A stretch of 62,430 bases of DNA, the filler included, from Rhabdomonas costata (Eukaryota), in the NCBI GenBank assembly GCA_019059605.1. It is 19 parts of 19 records of this genome, joined end to end, with 100 filler letters (N's around TTAATTAATTAA, not from the genome) between each part and the next. Parts side by side here need not be neighbours in the genome. Positions count along the whole stretch, not along the records: positions 1 to 3,198 come from JAHMHO010001205.1; positions 3,299 to 6,489 come from JAHMHO010001206.1; positions 6,590 to 9,857 come from JAHMHO010001207.1; positions 9,958 to 13,148 come from JAHMHO010001208.1; 15 more parts are not named here. The stretch is one strand, 5' to 3'. A program made the position numbers and the translations under genes. Under the pieces are notes generated by a model. It did no database searches. It saw nothing but the letters and a program-made list of their open reading frames with translations, and was not told where the DNA came from. Positions 1-10,980 of this stretch are shown here, piece by piece (positions within the stretch are counted from its first letter, which is position 1; every line of letters begins with the position of its first letter).

Positions 1-121
1 TGTGCTATATTTCCTTAGCGTCTCCCGTTATCTTGGACGTGACATTAGCGATACAATAGCAATGATTTGCTAACCTTCTATTGCATTGTATTGCTAGCCA
101 CGCAAAACCCAGAGATTTTTT
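1..121 (+). repeat. Terminal direct repeat of contig 1, left copy
   Basis: Bases 1-121 (TGTGCTATATTTCC...CCCAGAGATTTTTT) are identical to 3078-3198. Confidence 0.95.
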
Positions 122-2087
122 TGGGGGGGGAGCTATTCAAAAGACCATAACTTTTTTCGGTGAAAGACATCCACTGCGCGAGTTCAAATGGAGTAATTAC
201 CGCAAATTGGCAAAAAAAACCGTTACTGGCTGTATTTTGCACGCTCGCTCTGTCGCTGGCGCGTTTTGCCCGCCACACCAGTGTGACCACCAACCACAAA
301 AGCACGAAACCCTGGCGGAAGCCAAGGCGCACACCTAACACCGTCCCCGTTCCATATGTTAAAAGGCAACCGGCGTCCTAGGTCTGAAACCGGAGAAAAC
401 GGAAATGTCAGGGCTACGATTATTGGTAGCGAACGTTTTACAAAAGAATCTGCTCGGACCACCTTGACTCCCTTCGCCTGACCCTTTTTTAAAATGGTCG
501 CTTTCATTTTATTTCTTGTTCCGATTTGACCGTTGATGATATTAGCCGTCTGCATCATTGTGATCACGCGTGTCCGCCCCCAAAACAAACTATGTTGGGT
601 TGGTTTTCCTCCCAAACCCATCCAAGAAGGGCCATGTTGGGTAAAATGGGCTTTGAAGGTAAAAACGCCAAGTCGCTCGAACCGAGGTCTTCCAAGGGTC
701 GGCGCAAAAGCAGGAGCACAAAGAGGCCAGAATCTGTGAGAGGGACGCTTCTAGGAGAGGCGCGCGGGCAAACGAAGGAAACAGGCGGCCGGAGGCGCAG
801 GGAAGGGCAAAAAATGGGGCGCTTGGCGGGGACAAAAAATAGGGGGAGGCCGCAGGTCTCGCGCCAAAACGCGGGCGGCGAGAAAAGACAAAAGCCCACC
901 ACAGCAACGAGAACACAGACAGAAGCCGGAAAGACGAAGCACAGAAAAACAGGCACGCCAGGCATGGTCCAACAGCTTATACAAGGGAGGCGCCTGCCAA
1001 AAACAATGCGGAGTGGTGCGGGAAAATGGCGCCAAAAACAAAAACATTGCAGAATATGCAGGGGTGGCAGACGTGTGACGGAAAAGCTTGCCGGTTGTGT
1101 GGCCGCGGCGGTGTCACAAATCGGTCTGGTATCGGCTACATCCGGTTACCCGGAACTAACCCCCCGGGATGCGGACGGCTGCTTGGTTCAATCCGCGTCA
1201 AGTGATCGGGATAAAATCCCCCATAGCGTCGCCAATGGGACGAAGCCGCTCTTCATTCCAGGCGGCCGCCCGGGAGCAAAATGCAAGCATGAGAATAGGG
1301 CCGCAACAAGCCAGTCGGGCGCAAGGTGCCCTAGGTATGGAATGCCAAGCCCCTTGGGCAAAGAATTCCGGCCCCACCTGGGTATGGTGGGCCCGGAACA
1401 GAAATTTCAATGTCAAAGCGGCTCCATTTTGATCCTTGGCTGTGTTGTAAGTTGCCTTTGTGCTCTTTTGTGCTCTGTGGAGCGCTGTGCGCCCTACTGG
1501 TGGTCATCCGGTTTTGTTGCATTTGACTTTGTCTTTTTCAAGGCAATTCCGTGCCCAAATAAACTGGATAGAAGGGGTACCATGTGGCAAAGCCCCGCGA
1601 AAATGTTTTCTTATATTTTGAGCGCTCGAAATAGGTGCGTGTGGGTTGAATTTGCCTGAACCATATTATATTTTTGACTGTCGATTTTTGGGGCCAAAAC
1701 TGCCCCGAAAAGCACGAGCCCATGTAAATGCCGAGCCGAAATGGGCAGCTTTTGCGTTGTCTTAGGAGACACCTACAGCAGTTGATGCAGCCCCTTTGGT
1801 GCGCAGTGGTATGGAACCCTCAAAGCAAAAAGCAGCCTCTCTGAACTCAGTGTGCTCGTTCTCAGAACCCACCAGGCTGCTCCGCAGAAGCTTCGGTGCA
1901 AGATGCGGGAACCATCCTGGTGAAATGTCTCAGTCGCAAGGCTGCTTTCGGCACCAATGCACCCCCCTCCAGCAGATTTTGACCTGACTAGTGCAGAATA
2001 ACTCGTCTGGAGACGATTCAAAGGGAATCCTCAAGTGCAGCTAGAAACAAAACGCATCGTGATTGTTAGTCCACCACCACCTCAGCT

Positions 2088-2112
2088 GCACCGCACCGCA
2101 CCGCACCGCACC
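2088..2112 (+). repeat. (CACCG)n microsatellite
   Basis: Tandem CACCG units just upstream of the acceptor at 2131-2133. Confidence 0.85.
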
Positions 2113-2133
2113 ACGGGACACTGTGTCCCCTAG

Positions 2134-2845
2134 ATTGTCTCCAGCCCTCACTACGAGAGGCTGGTGCCTCCGGACCTCGTTGAGGACGAGTACCTGGCCC
2201 GCCTGGAGCTCGTGAACACGATCCACCGCAACAGCCGAGTCATCAAGTTCCTTTGGGCCTCCCCCGCGATGGAGGGCATGGTGCTAGTGCACCCCATGCA
2301 TGCGGATGTCTGGATGGCCAACCAGGTACTCTCCCCGTCCCCGCTCTTCTTCAATTGAGAGTTTTTGTTTGTATGATCGAAATGAAAAACGCTTTTAGCA
2401 ATAACATAAATTCGATCTTTTATTTCCGGTTACGGGGCATGAGTCAAAGTGATCAGGATTTTTGTGGTCATCACAACGTTTAATTACTGTGTTCCTTCCC
2501 ACGTCATGACCATTTTTATATCATTGAATTCACGCGTTTTTTTAAAAGGTTTCTTGAAAAAATGCATGCCTTACTGTGGGTCAGTTGCGTGTGAGTGATT
2601 CTGCGCTGGGTGTGTCCTTCCAGGCCAGCCCGTTCACGGGGCGGGTGGAAGGCCGAGACGTCGCGGTGTCCCCAAACCTGGCGGTCGCGCGCGTGACCTC
2701 CGATGACGTCCCGATGCCTACTTTCCCCGGCATCCTGGAGTGCCTGCGGAAGGGCATCCGGACCTTCCCGGAGCTCTGGGACTACACCCGGGCCCGGTTT
2801 CTGGCCCAGGAGGCCGCCAGGAACGCCTGGCGAAAGTCCTCATAA
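2134..2845 (+). CDS. Last two exons of an unknown protein (2134-2325, 2624-2845)
   Basis: GC3-rich codons; TAG|ATT...CAG|GTAC donor and TTCCAG|GCC acceptor, both phase 0; joined peptide ...HADVWMANQ|ASPFTGRVEG...NAWRKSS*. No family recognised. Confidence 0.7.
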
Positions 2846-3077
2846 GCGGGAGGTGGTTGTGGTGGTTGCAGTGGTGGGTGGCGGTGGTTGTGGTATGTGT
2901 GGAGAAGAGGCGTGGGTAGACTTTTAGGGCAGGTGGGGAAGGTTGCGGAGCTGTGAGGTCCATGTGTCCATGGTGTATATGGCCCCATCAGTCTGCCTGT
3001 ACTTGAGCGGTGCCCCAGGGTGTGAGTGAGCGAGGTTGACTGACGATGCGGATGCGCTGTTCGAGCCAGGGGTGGTC

Positions 3078-3198
3078 TGTGCTATATTTCCTTAGCGTCT
3101 CCCGTTATCTTGGACGTGACATTAGCGATACAATAGCAATGATTTGCTAACCTTCTATTGCATTGTATTGCTAGCCACGCAAAACCCAGAGATTTTTT
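3078..3198 (+). repeat. Terminal direct repeat of contig 1, right copy
   Basis: Exact 121-nt copy of 1-121, ending at the linker. Confidence 0.95.
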
Positions 3199-3298
3199 NN
3201 NNNNNNNNNNNNNNNNNNNNNNNNNNNNNNNNNNNNNNNNNNTTAATTAATTAANNNNNNNNNNNNNNNNNNNNNNNNNNNNNNNNNNNNNNNNNNNN
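3199..3298. other. Artificial contig linker, first of 18. Others: 6490-6589, 9858-9957, 13149-13248, 16438-16537, 19719-19818, 23007-23106, 26293-26392, 29576-29675, 32854-32953, 36142-36241, 39457-39556, 42739-42838, 46024-46123, 49305-49404, 52591-52690, 55871-55970, 59150-59249
   Basis: Identical 100-nt N-TTAATTAATTAA-N blocks carrying stops in all six frames. Confidence 0.99.
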
Positions 3299-6200
3299 AT
3301 AAATGGAAATCCGATTGGTAGCATTGAACATGGTAATCCTGGTATTGATTGTTCAAAGTGACAATCCGCGTCGAACAGTCATCAACCACCTTAACAAGTC
3401 GCAGAAAGCGGTAAACAACCATCAACTGAACCGTGACTTTAAATATCTTCATGGATAGTCTGAATTTGTGGGTTAAATGACTTTAGACAACACCTTTTAC
3501 TCCATCTGCTACTTCTAGTGGAAGAATAAGGCTGAGGTTGTTGACTTACAGATCAAATGTTTGACCAGTGGGTCAACAATTACGTTATCGCTGCAAACGT
3601 AGTCAATAATGGAGCCAACCAATGTCCACAGATAAGTACATCAGATGTTCAGGAGTAGTAAAATGTCCAGATTGCTTGCTCTGATATTGCACTGGTGCCA
3701 CAATATGTCTTGTAAGCGGTATGGAAATCTCCATATGGAGGCCACTAACTGGATGAAGTGCCTGAAAGTTCTGTAGATAGCTTATGGTAGCACATTCTTG
3801 AGGTCTTCGATTGGGTTTTCACTGCTTCTTTTGACATTTGTGGGAGCGCTGTGTCAAATGTGGTGTATTGAGGTGTGGATGAGTTAATTGTAACAGTCAA
3901 GCGACCAGGTCTGTTGGATAACACTTGCCGCTAGGATGATAATGTTTAACGGCCATCAACTTCGCTCCACTTGTGGTAACTTACTAATTCCCATACTTTG
4001 TAACTTACTGATTCTACCACAAGTTATACCACTACATTCACATCTTCCGGGGCATAGCAAAAAGCTGAAATATTACCATCATCAGTTCTTGAACCACATT
4101 ATGGCCTACGTCAAGCACATCTCAAAATCTTTCAGCAGAATCAGGAACTCTAAGTTCACAGTGCCAACCGTGGACACGTTGAACATCAGTTTCAGAAGTC
4201 AGTGGAAGTCGATGCGGATGAGCTCAAGTACTACATGTACGAGGAAAAACAACTACAACTCCACTATCAACTATATTAGTCTGTATTTGTGGTGAAACAG
4301 CCATCATTCTCAGAAGCAGAACAAGAAGCACCACGAAAAGCCGAATCTGAATACAGAACAAGACACCAACTTGCGGAACGACGAAACACGAAGCTACACC
4401 ACTGTAAGCGATGCATGCATATGTCGTGCCTGAGAGCGCTCAGAGAGGCGGGACAGACTGATGGGTCATTTCACTCAACCGGCTTTGTACATCGCCAGCT
4501 GCAGGTGTATTTTCAGCTGAATGGCAGTAAATACAGACAAAACCAGTCGACCGACTTACCAGTCATGATTCAGGACATGTTTAACCATCACTACCAGTGC
4601 CCGGTGATGTATAACACTCAGTCCAAAATTCAGTTTGACTCTTTTTGGATTGATCATTTATACACGGAGTACACCCAATACGCTGAGCTTCGCGCCAAAG
4701 TTGCCATCGAATACCAGCGACTACAATACGCAGATCCTCGGTTACGGAATATTCCATCATCCAATGTACCACGATCCACACAAGCACCACCCAAAGCTTC
4801 CGCACCTCACCAACATGAAGCATTTTATGACGCCATAAACTGGCACCACGCACACCAGCACAAAAGAAGAAGAGCAGGTTGTAGCAGGCTCCAAGGAACA
4901 CACACCAAAAATGATCAGCATGCCTAACAGCAAAGCGCCGCAAAGCAGGATCCTGGAATAACCATGGACAATGAGAGCAACAGCACCACATAAACACTCA
5001 TTAACTCCACGGAACACACAACTTTCACAGCTCATATGAGTAAACAAGTGAGTGACGCTTTGTCAGTACAACTTCCTACTTCATGCCTATTAGTTTGATG
5101 ACTTCGAAAATGACGATCCAGAAGAGATAACACATATTTCAACTTATTTCAACCCAGACCAACCCATGTTGGAGTAACAGGAAGTCTCAGAATATGAAGA
5201 CCACTGCGGCTGAAAGAATGGTTCAACCGGGTCACACTCTATTGAGCGTGCGTTATTTGACATCAAATCTGAGGAACGTTGCCTCCTGTTTAATCTGGCA
5301 GACGCCAGCTACCGTGCTTCCCAACACTAACATTAGAGTAAACACGGGCTCAAAAGCTTTGCTCACCAGCCTTAGATTTACTTCGACCACAACAAACAGT
5401 TCACTTTTGCGAGATGTTCTTAAGCGAGCATGTGAGATTCTCAGTTACCACTCTACTATCGACACTTTTGCGAGCCAAGCAAAGCCAAGGTGGAACGCTT
5501 CTTGATTGCAAGATACGCAACGAGACACTGCTGAGTTAAAGATTTCAACTACACCCGTTTTTCAGAGCGCTTGTACGCCAACCAACGTTTGTAGCTGATC
5601 CATGGTGTTTTGACAAGTGGAACCAAGAAATGTGATACCACCAGGAGCAGTCACTAATGATCAACTATCAACTACATTTGCTATTTGACAGCCTACCTTG
5701 AGCTCCGACCAACGCCAACGTGAAACACCCGCATTGCAATTGTTGGCGTGGCGCGATGTTTACACATATCGTCACCAGTAGAGTGTTATTTCGACAATAC
5801 GTGGCCTATAAATAACCTAACTGTTTGTAACAGCCGTAGCAGCGGTGGAGCTCTTACCCCAGAAAAGGTTTTGTTCAACACACATTAGACTCATCTGGTT
5901 ACCAAAGAACACGACTACTCAGTCACCACTGAGTGCCAAAACTCTTTGGGCCCCACGAGTTCGGACCCTATCGTTTCCATGGACGAGGTTTATCAGTCCA
6001 AGTTGGAGAAACAAAACCACATCCCAGGCCTCCTCGGAAGGTCAGAGCGACTCGGAGGTCGCTACATCACAGACTAATGATCTTGAGGAGTTACTGACAT
6101 CTCCACTCGCTCGCGTGAAACAAAGATTAGCCGACTGGTTCAGATGATGTAGCTCACAGACGCATTTGAGCGAACGTTTGTAACGGATTAGTAGCTCGCT

Positions 6201-6630
6201 TCGGTTTTATAGTCGTACTAGATTTTCTTTTTCTTGTGTTGTTCTAATTGGCATGTTTCTGTCAGGTCGAATCCACGCATCTCGTCTTGTCCACCACCAC
6301 GTCACGTTTGTCATCAACCACCCACAACCAACTTGCAACCACTAGATCACTACCACTGCGCTCACCAAACACAATCACTACCAGCCTGCACTCCAAATTC
6401 TGAAACGTGGAAGCTAACCAAAGTTGACACAAAGCTATCCAGCGTCACTCATTTAGTGCCAAACTCAGTCAATATTCAACACCCCCACANNNNNNNNNNN
6501 NNNNNNNNNNNNNNNNNNNNNNNNNNNNNNNNNTTAATTAATTAANNNNNNNNNNNNNNNNNNNNNNNNNNNNNNNNNNNNNNNNNNNNGTGTGGTTTTT
6601 CCACCTTCTTGCATATTCTCCTCACACACG

Positions 6631-6631
<1 letters not shown>

Positions 6632-6668
<37 letters not shown>
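6632..6668 (+). repeat. (CA)n microsatellite
   Basis: Direct reading of the sequence. Confidence 0.95.
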
Positions 6669-6671
<3 letters not shown>

Positions 6672-7026
6672 CTGTCCATACAAGATTGAGGGTGCACAAC
6701 TATCTTGGTTTTACAGATGTTCAAGTAACTCCTCTTTGATTCACCAGATCTGTCTGTTATTTTCACAATCATTCACCAACCAGCATACCTACGTAGCCTA
6801 CATTACCTACCTTACAGGTAGCTACGCCGGCAGGCAGGATGGAAAACATAACCGCTCGTAATCCCTCTCTTCATGGCACTCACCAGGCCTGGCTCCCCAA
6901 GTGAAGTGTGAGGAAAGCAGTCACCTGAATTTCTGGACTTCCGGTAATGCCCACCACGTCGGCCGCTGTTCCAGGACTGACCGTGTGGCTTGAAAATGTG
7001 GGAACTTCGTGTGTTGAACTGTGCAG

Positions 7027-8063
7027 ATGAACGATGACTACCTGCTTGCCAGACCGGTGGAACCCCGCCACTTTGTCACCGGCTCCGAGGGCAAGGTCTC
7101 CCAAGGCCCTGAGGTGGTGCTGTTCATGGGCCCGCAGAAGGTGGGGTTCTCGCTGTCCTCGCTGGGGCGGAATGTCACCCGGCAGCACTGGAGGGGTGCC
7201 ACGGCGAAGTCCTGGGCCCTGGTGGACCGCCGGTACGGCAACCACACCCCGCACCTCAGCCTGCTGCACAGCCCGTTCGTCTACCACAAAGGGGCGTTTC
7301 CCCACCTAAGGAAGATCTGGGGTACGCAGAAGTGCTTGGGTGGGAAGGTCTTTCACTCGCTCCATCCTTGTCCATCCTTGATCGGTGGAACCCCCGTTTC
7401 TGCTACTGTTTTCACAATATGGGTACGTTCTACTCGGTGGCTGATTTACTGGAATTGTCCTTACATCGGGCATGCACCCCTGTGTGTTTTTGTCAACGTC
7501 AAGCATCAAAAAGAAAAGACATCTCTTGCACAGGAGCATCGCGACGGTGAAGGGATCAGGTCTGAGGTAAAGTCATGAAACCTTGTATCTCGCAAACCAC
7601 AATTGAGTCAGAAGGTTGCACATTGACAAACCCTGGTTGGCAGACGACGGGGCTTCAGCCCCTAATGCGAACTGCCCCAACCGCTGTTTTTCTTTTTGCA
7701 GTCGATGATGCTCCCTTCCGTTCAGGGCACGAACTCACTGCCACCATGAGGCATCGATTTCGCAATTACGCCGACGTGATTGCGCCGATCCTGCACCACA
7801 GTTTTGTTCTCCACGAGGGCCGCTCCATGGGGCTGCCCGGACGGCTGGCCTCCAAGACGCACCTCCGGAAGGACCATCGCTACGTCGCCTTCAAAAGCGA
7901 CCTGCCCTCGCTGCAGGCTCAGCTGCAGAAGCTTCGCGAGGACCCCCCGCTGTTCCTCACGGTCAACGGGGCGTGTCAAGACGCAGCGGTAGCGCAGTTC
8001 TTCCTGCAGTGGCTGGAGGGGATGTTTCCGGAGCCTTCTCCGTTTGAGTTACGGCCCGGCTAA
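7027..8063 (+). CDS. Stealth-family hexose-1-phosphate transferase, 3' exons (7027-7321, 7726-8063)
   Basis: MNDDYLL (end of CR2), LLHSPFVY and RHRFRNYADV (CR3), FLTVN...FPEPSPFE (CR4). The phase-1 G|GTACGC...TTCAG|GG intron restores W-G-H-E-L. Confidence 0.88.
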
Positions 8064-8624
8064 GCCGGAGAAAGTTTGATCAGCCCGTGACTTTCTCTCG
8101 AAGCCTGTTCCTGCTCCCATTGCAGTCAAGGCTGTGGGACGATGGTGCCGGCCCGGTGCCGAGCAGCGCGGATGGGTCAGAGCGATCCCGGGGTGCCCCC
8201 CCCCCTCGCGAAATTCTGTCGTGCGAGCACAGGCCCGGAAAATGGGGTCAGGCATCTTCTGCAGTCGCAGCAAACGTGAACAAATGCGTGAATGAAATGC
8301 GGTGCCTGCGCGCATCTGATGTGTGCTGGGGCTTCTGGAAGATGGAGAGCAACCATCCTGGGACCAGTGTCCTTTCGCAACACCGATGGTTTCTCAGGTT
8401 CCGAGGCGGAAGAAGGGCCCCAGGACTTTTTTTTTACCAAACAAAACAACCGCCTTGGGATACACTTTGCGAGACAGTCTCCGTCTTTACTTCTTTCTCG
8501 CTGAGTGGAGAGTATAAACTCGGGTAGACAAGGTCAAGTGAGCGACCTTCTCTACATGCTTAAGTCCTTTTCTTTTGCTTTGCCATGGTGAGGAAAGGAA
8601 ACAGGGACAGGGAAATTAGAGCCT

Positions 8625-8882
8625 ATGTCGGGCATTGACCCAATCAGCTGCCTGTGGCATGCTCCCGTGCTCGGGGATATTGCCGTAGGTGCATTTTTAG
8701 GGGTTGTGGTTCTTTTGGCACGGTTCTTCATGGGAGTCATTTCGCACCTGGCGCGGTTTGTACGATTGCTCTTTTATACTCTTCCAGTGATATATATTTT
8801 CTTCGTACTGCCTGAGAGTTGGCATGCATACCTTACCCCACAGTGTTCTCAATTACTCGAGCAGGTAGGCACCGGCTGTTGA
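8625..8882 (+). CDS. Possible small membrane protein or exon (85 aa)
   Basis: ATG start and two hydrophobic segments; no homology recognised. Confidence 0.25.
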   Translation: MSGIDPISCLWHAPVLGDIAVGAFLGVVVLLARFFMGVISHLARFVRLLFYTLPVIYIFFVLPESWHAYLTPQCSQLLEQVGTGC

Positions 8883-9195
8883 AAGCGAAACAATCACACA
8901 TCATTTCAGTTCCGTTGTCATCCAACAGGTTAATCTACATTATTCAGGATCGTGAACCCAGCAAGTTTGGAAATGGGGAAAGTCCAGCTTTAACCTGCAC
9001 TTTCCCTTCCCCCGATTGAGGCGCATCACACTGGCACCTGTCCCTTTCATGCCTTTCTTTAGATCGCCTTTGCATTTCCCAGCCTGTTGATATCCATAGC
9101 TTTGCTGTGATTCCGAATCCTTTCCTTTTCTTTTGCTGCCTGCTGCCCTTCCTTCCATCCATCCTCCTTTTCTTGCTATCCCTTGAGCCTAAGCC

Positions 9196-9540
9196 ATGCC
9201 CGGCTACAACAACACCAACCGCAACAAGAGCTGGGACACCCGGCGCTGGCAGAACTGTCAGAAGGTGGCCCGCGCGGAGATGCAGCGCAACCAGGAGCTC
9301 CACCACGTCGCCGAGATGAAGCTGCAGCTCGCGCACGAGCGGTTCCTCGGTGAGTGTGCGCCTTCCACAGGGCTGGAGTGGATGAGGCCCCCCAACGCCG
9401 TGGCCCCCGCGGAGTCCGAGAAGCCACAGAGCAGCGCTGACCAGGGCCCTCCCCCAGGGGTGGAATCTGCAGCCATTGCTGTCCCCAAGGCGGAAGGTTC
9501 CTGTCTGGCGCAGTCGCCAAGGGGAGGGCTGCATCAATAG
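9196..9540 (+). CDS. Small orphan protein (114 aa), or a first exon ending near the GTGAGT at ~9350
   Basis: GC3-rich codons; long polypyrimidine tract (~9121-9185) and AG immediately before the ATG. Confidence 0.55.
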   Translation: MPGYNNTNRNKSWDTRRWQNCQKVARAEMQRNQELHHVAEMKLQLAHERFLGECAPSTGLEWMRPPNAVAPAESEKPQSSADQGPPPGVESAAIAVPKAEGSCLAQSPRGGLHQ

Positions 9541-9816
9541 TTCATCCTTATTTCCATGAACAAGAAAAATGGTTCTATGCGTCAACAGTGCAGTGCACGG
9601 GATTGTGCTGTGGGTGTGCTGCAGTCGAGTGGATATGTCGCGTCACGTGTCGCTTCTCTCTGTTTTTTCCGAGTAAATTTGCGTCATTCCGCAGTTCCAC
9701 CTATTATGACAGCAGAACCTAAATTCTGGCAAACAAACCAAATGTGGGCCCATCATTTAGGTGGTGTTTCCCCTCCGGCCCTTATGTTTTTTGTCACCAA
9801 GTCTGAGCCGGTAGCC

Positions 9817-9819
<3 letters not shown>

Positions 9820-9849
<30 letters not shown>
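9820..9849 (+). repeat. (GA)n microsatellite
   Basis: Direct reading of the sequence. Confidence 0.95.
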
Positions 9850-9853
<4 letters not shown>

Positions 9854-9957
9854 GGCCNNNNNNNNNNNNNNNNNNNNNNNNNNNNNNNNNNNNNNNNNNN
9901 NTTAATTAATTAANNNNNNNNNNNNNNNNNNNNNNNNNNNNNNNNNNNNNNNNNNNN

Positions 9958-10980
9958 TTTGGGGGGTGGCAGCGGCACTGGCCACTGACTTGGTTGAAGG
10001 CGCTGCGAAGATTCAACTTGCACAGCATAGTGGTGCGGAGGCCGTTTGACCATTCGTGAATCCAAGCTGATTCTTGGGGAGAAATTCCGCAATTGCTCGC
10101 TCGGTTTGATGAAGCACAAAGTGTGACACTAGCGAGTGCAGTGTCTCGAGCGCAACGGTGTGCGTGATGCCATCGTCCTTCGTCCGCAGTGGTGCCGGAC
10201 TGCCAGCTCCAAACCATTGCGTGATCTCTGATGGCCAGTGACCTCTAGCGGCCTTTGCAATAACTGAGCGACATGGCTCACGAGCTCGTCCTGGATGTTG
10301 CCCATGGTGCTATTGGCTATATGGTGGATGTGTTCTGCCCTGAGACCAGACGGTCCGGGTGCGGTGTCCGGGGCAAGTAGGTGTATCAGCTTGTCCGCGT
10401 CGTCCCCGGTGACTTCGAAGCTGACAGGTGTAGGTATATCAATGGGCTCGTTCCTTTTGTGGAATATGCCCTGGATGTTGTACAGATTCCGGCGGACGTC
10501 GACAGTCCCTCGTGAACAAAGCATTCTGCATCCACTACACGGACAGCCTTAGTCCACACATTGCGCTGCCTTCCTGAAAGTGGCGGCTTCCTGACTGACT
10601 TCGGCCCGGGACAGGTTGCCTTTCTTACTCAATACCAGAATGGTATCCTTTCACAGTCCGAGGATGTACCATGCCTGCATCGAAGAAACCGCTTGCGCAG
10701 GAGGCGGTCCAGGGCGCTTGTCTTGGAATGCCCTCTACGGACTGGGGCGGAGAGCAAAAGCGTCGAGGTGAGGTAGAGACGACTGAGGTTGGGTACGTCT
10801 GGACTGATGAAAAACTCACGCAGGCAATCCAGAAAAACGGTTGCCCATTGCTTCCAGTGTCCGTTGGGGATGTGCGTGATAGTTTGCCCGGGGGCTGCGA
10901 TCAATTTGTTCATAGAAGGCAGTTTGCCTTGTGGGGCCACTGGCGTCGAGCAGGGGCATGTCTGCTAGCGACCTGCAACT
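9958..10980 (-). mobile_element. Decayed CRE/SLACS-like non-LTR retrotransposon, N-terminal RT region
   Basis: Motifs in the expected order across frameshifts: TAPGPSGLRAEH; KDDGITHTVALETLHSLV (cf. KxDGGxRPIAVGETLRRL); LCKLNLRSAFNQV (cf. LKLDFxNAFNxV). Confidence 0.72.

Noticed and set aside
526-1659. 377-aa ORF
   Set aside because: Non-ATG start, A-run/low-complexity composition and no motifs; probably a chance ORF in repeat DNA.
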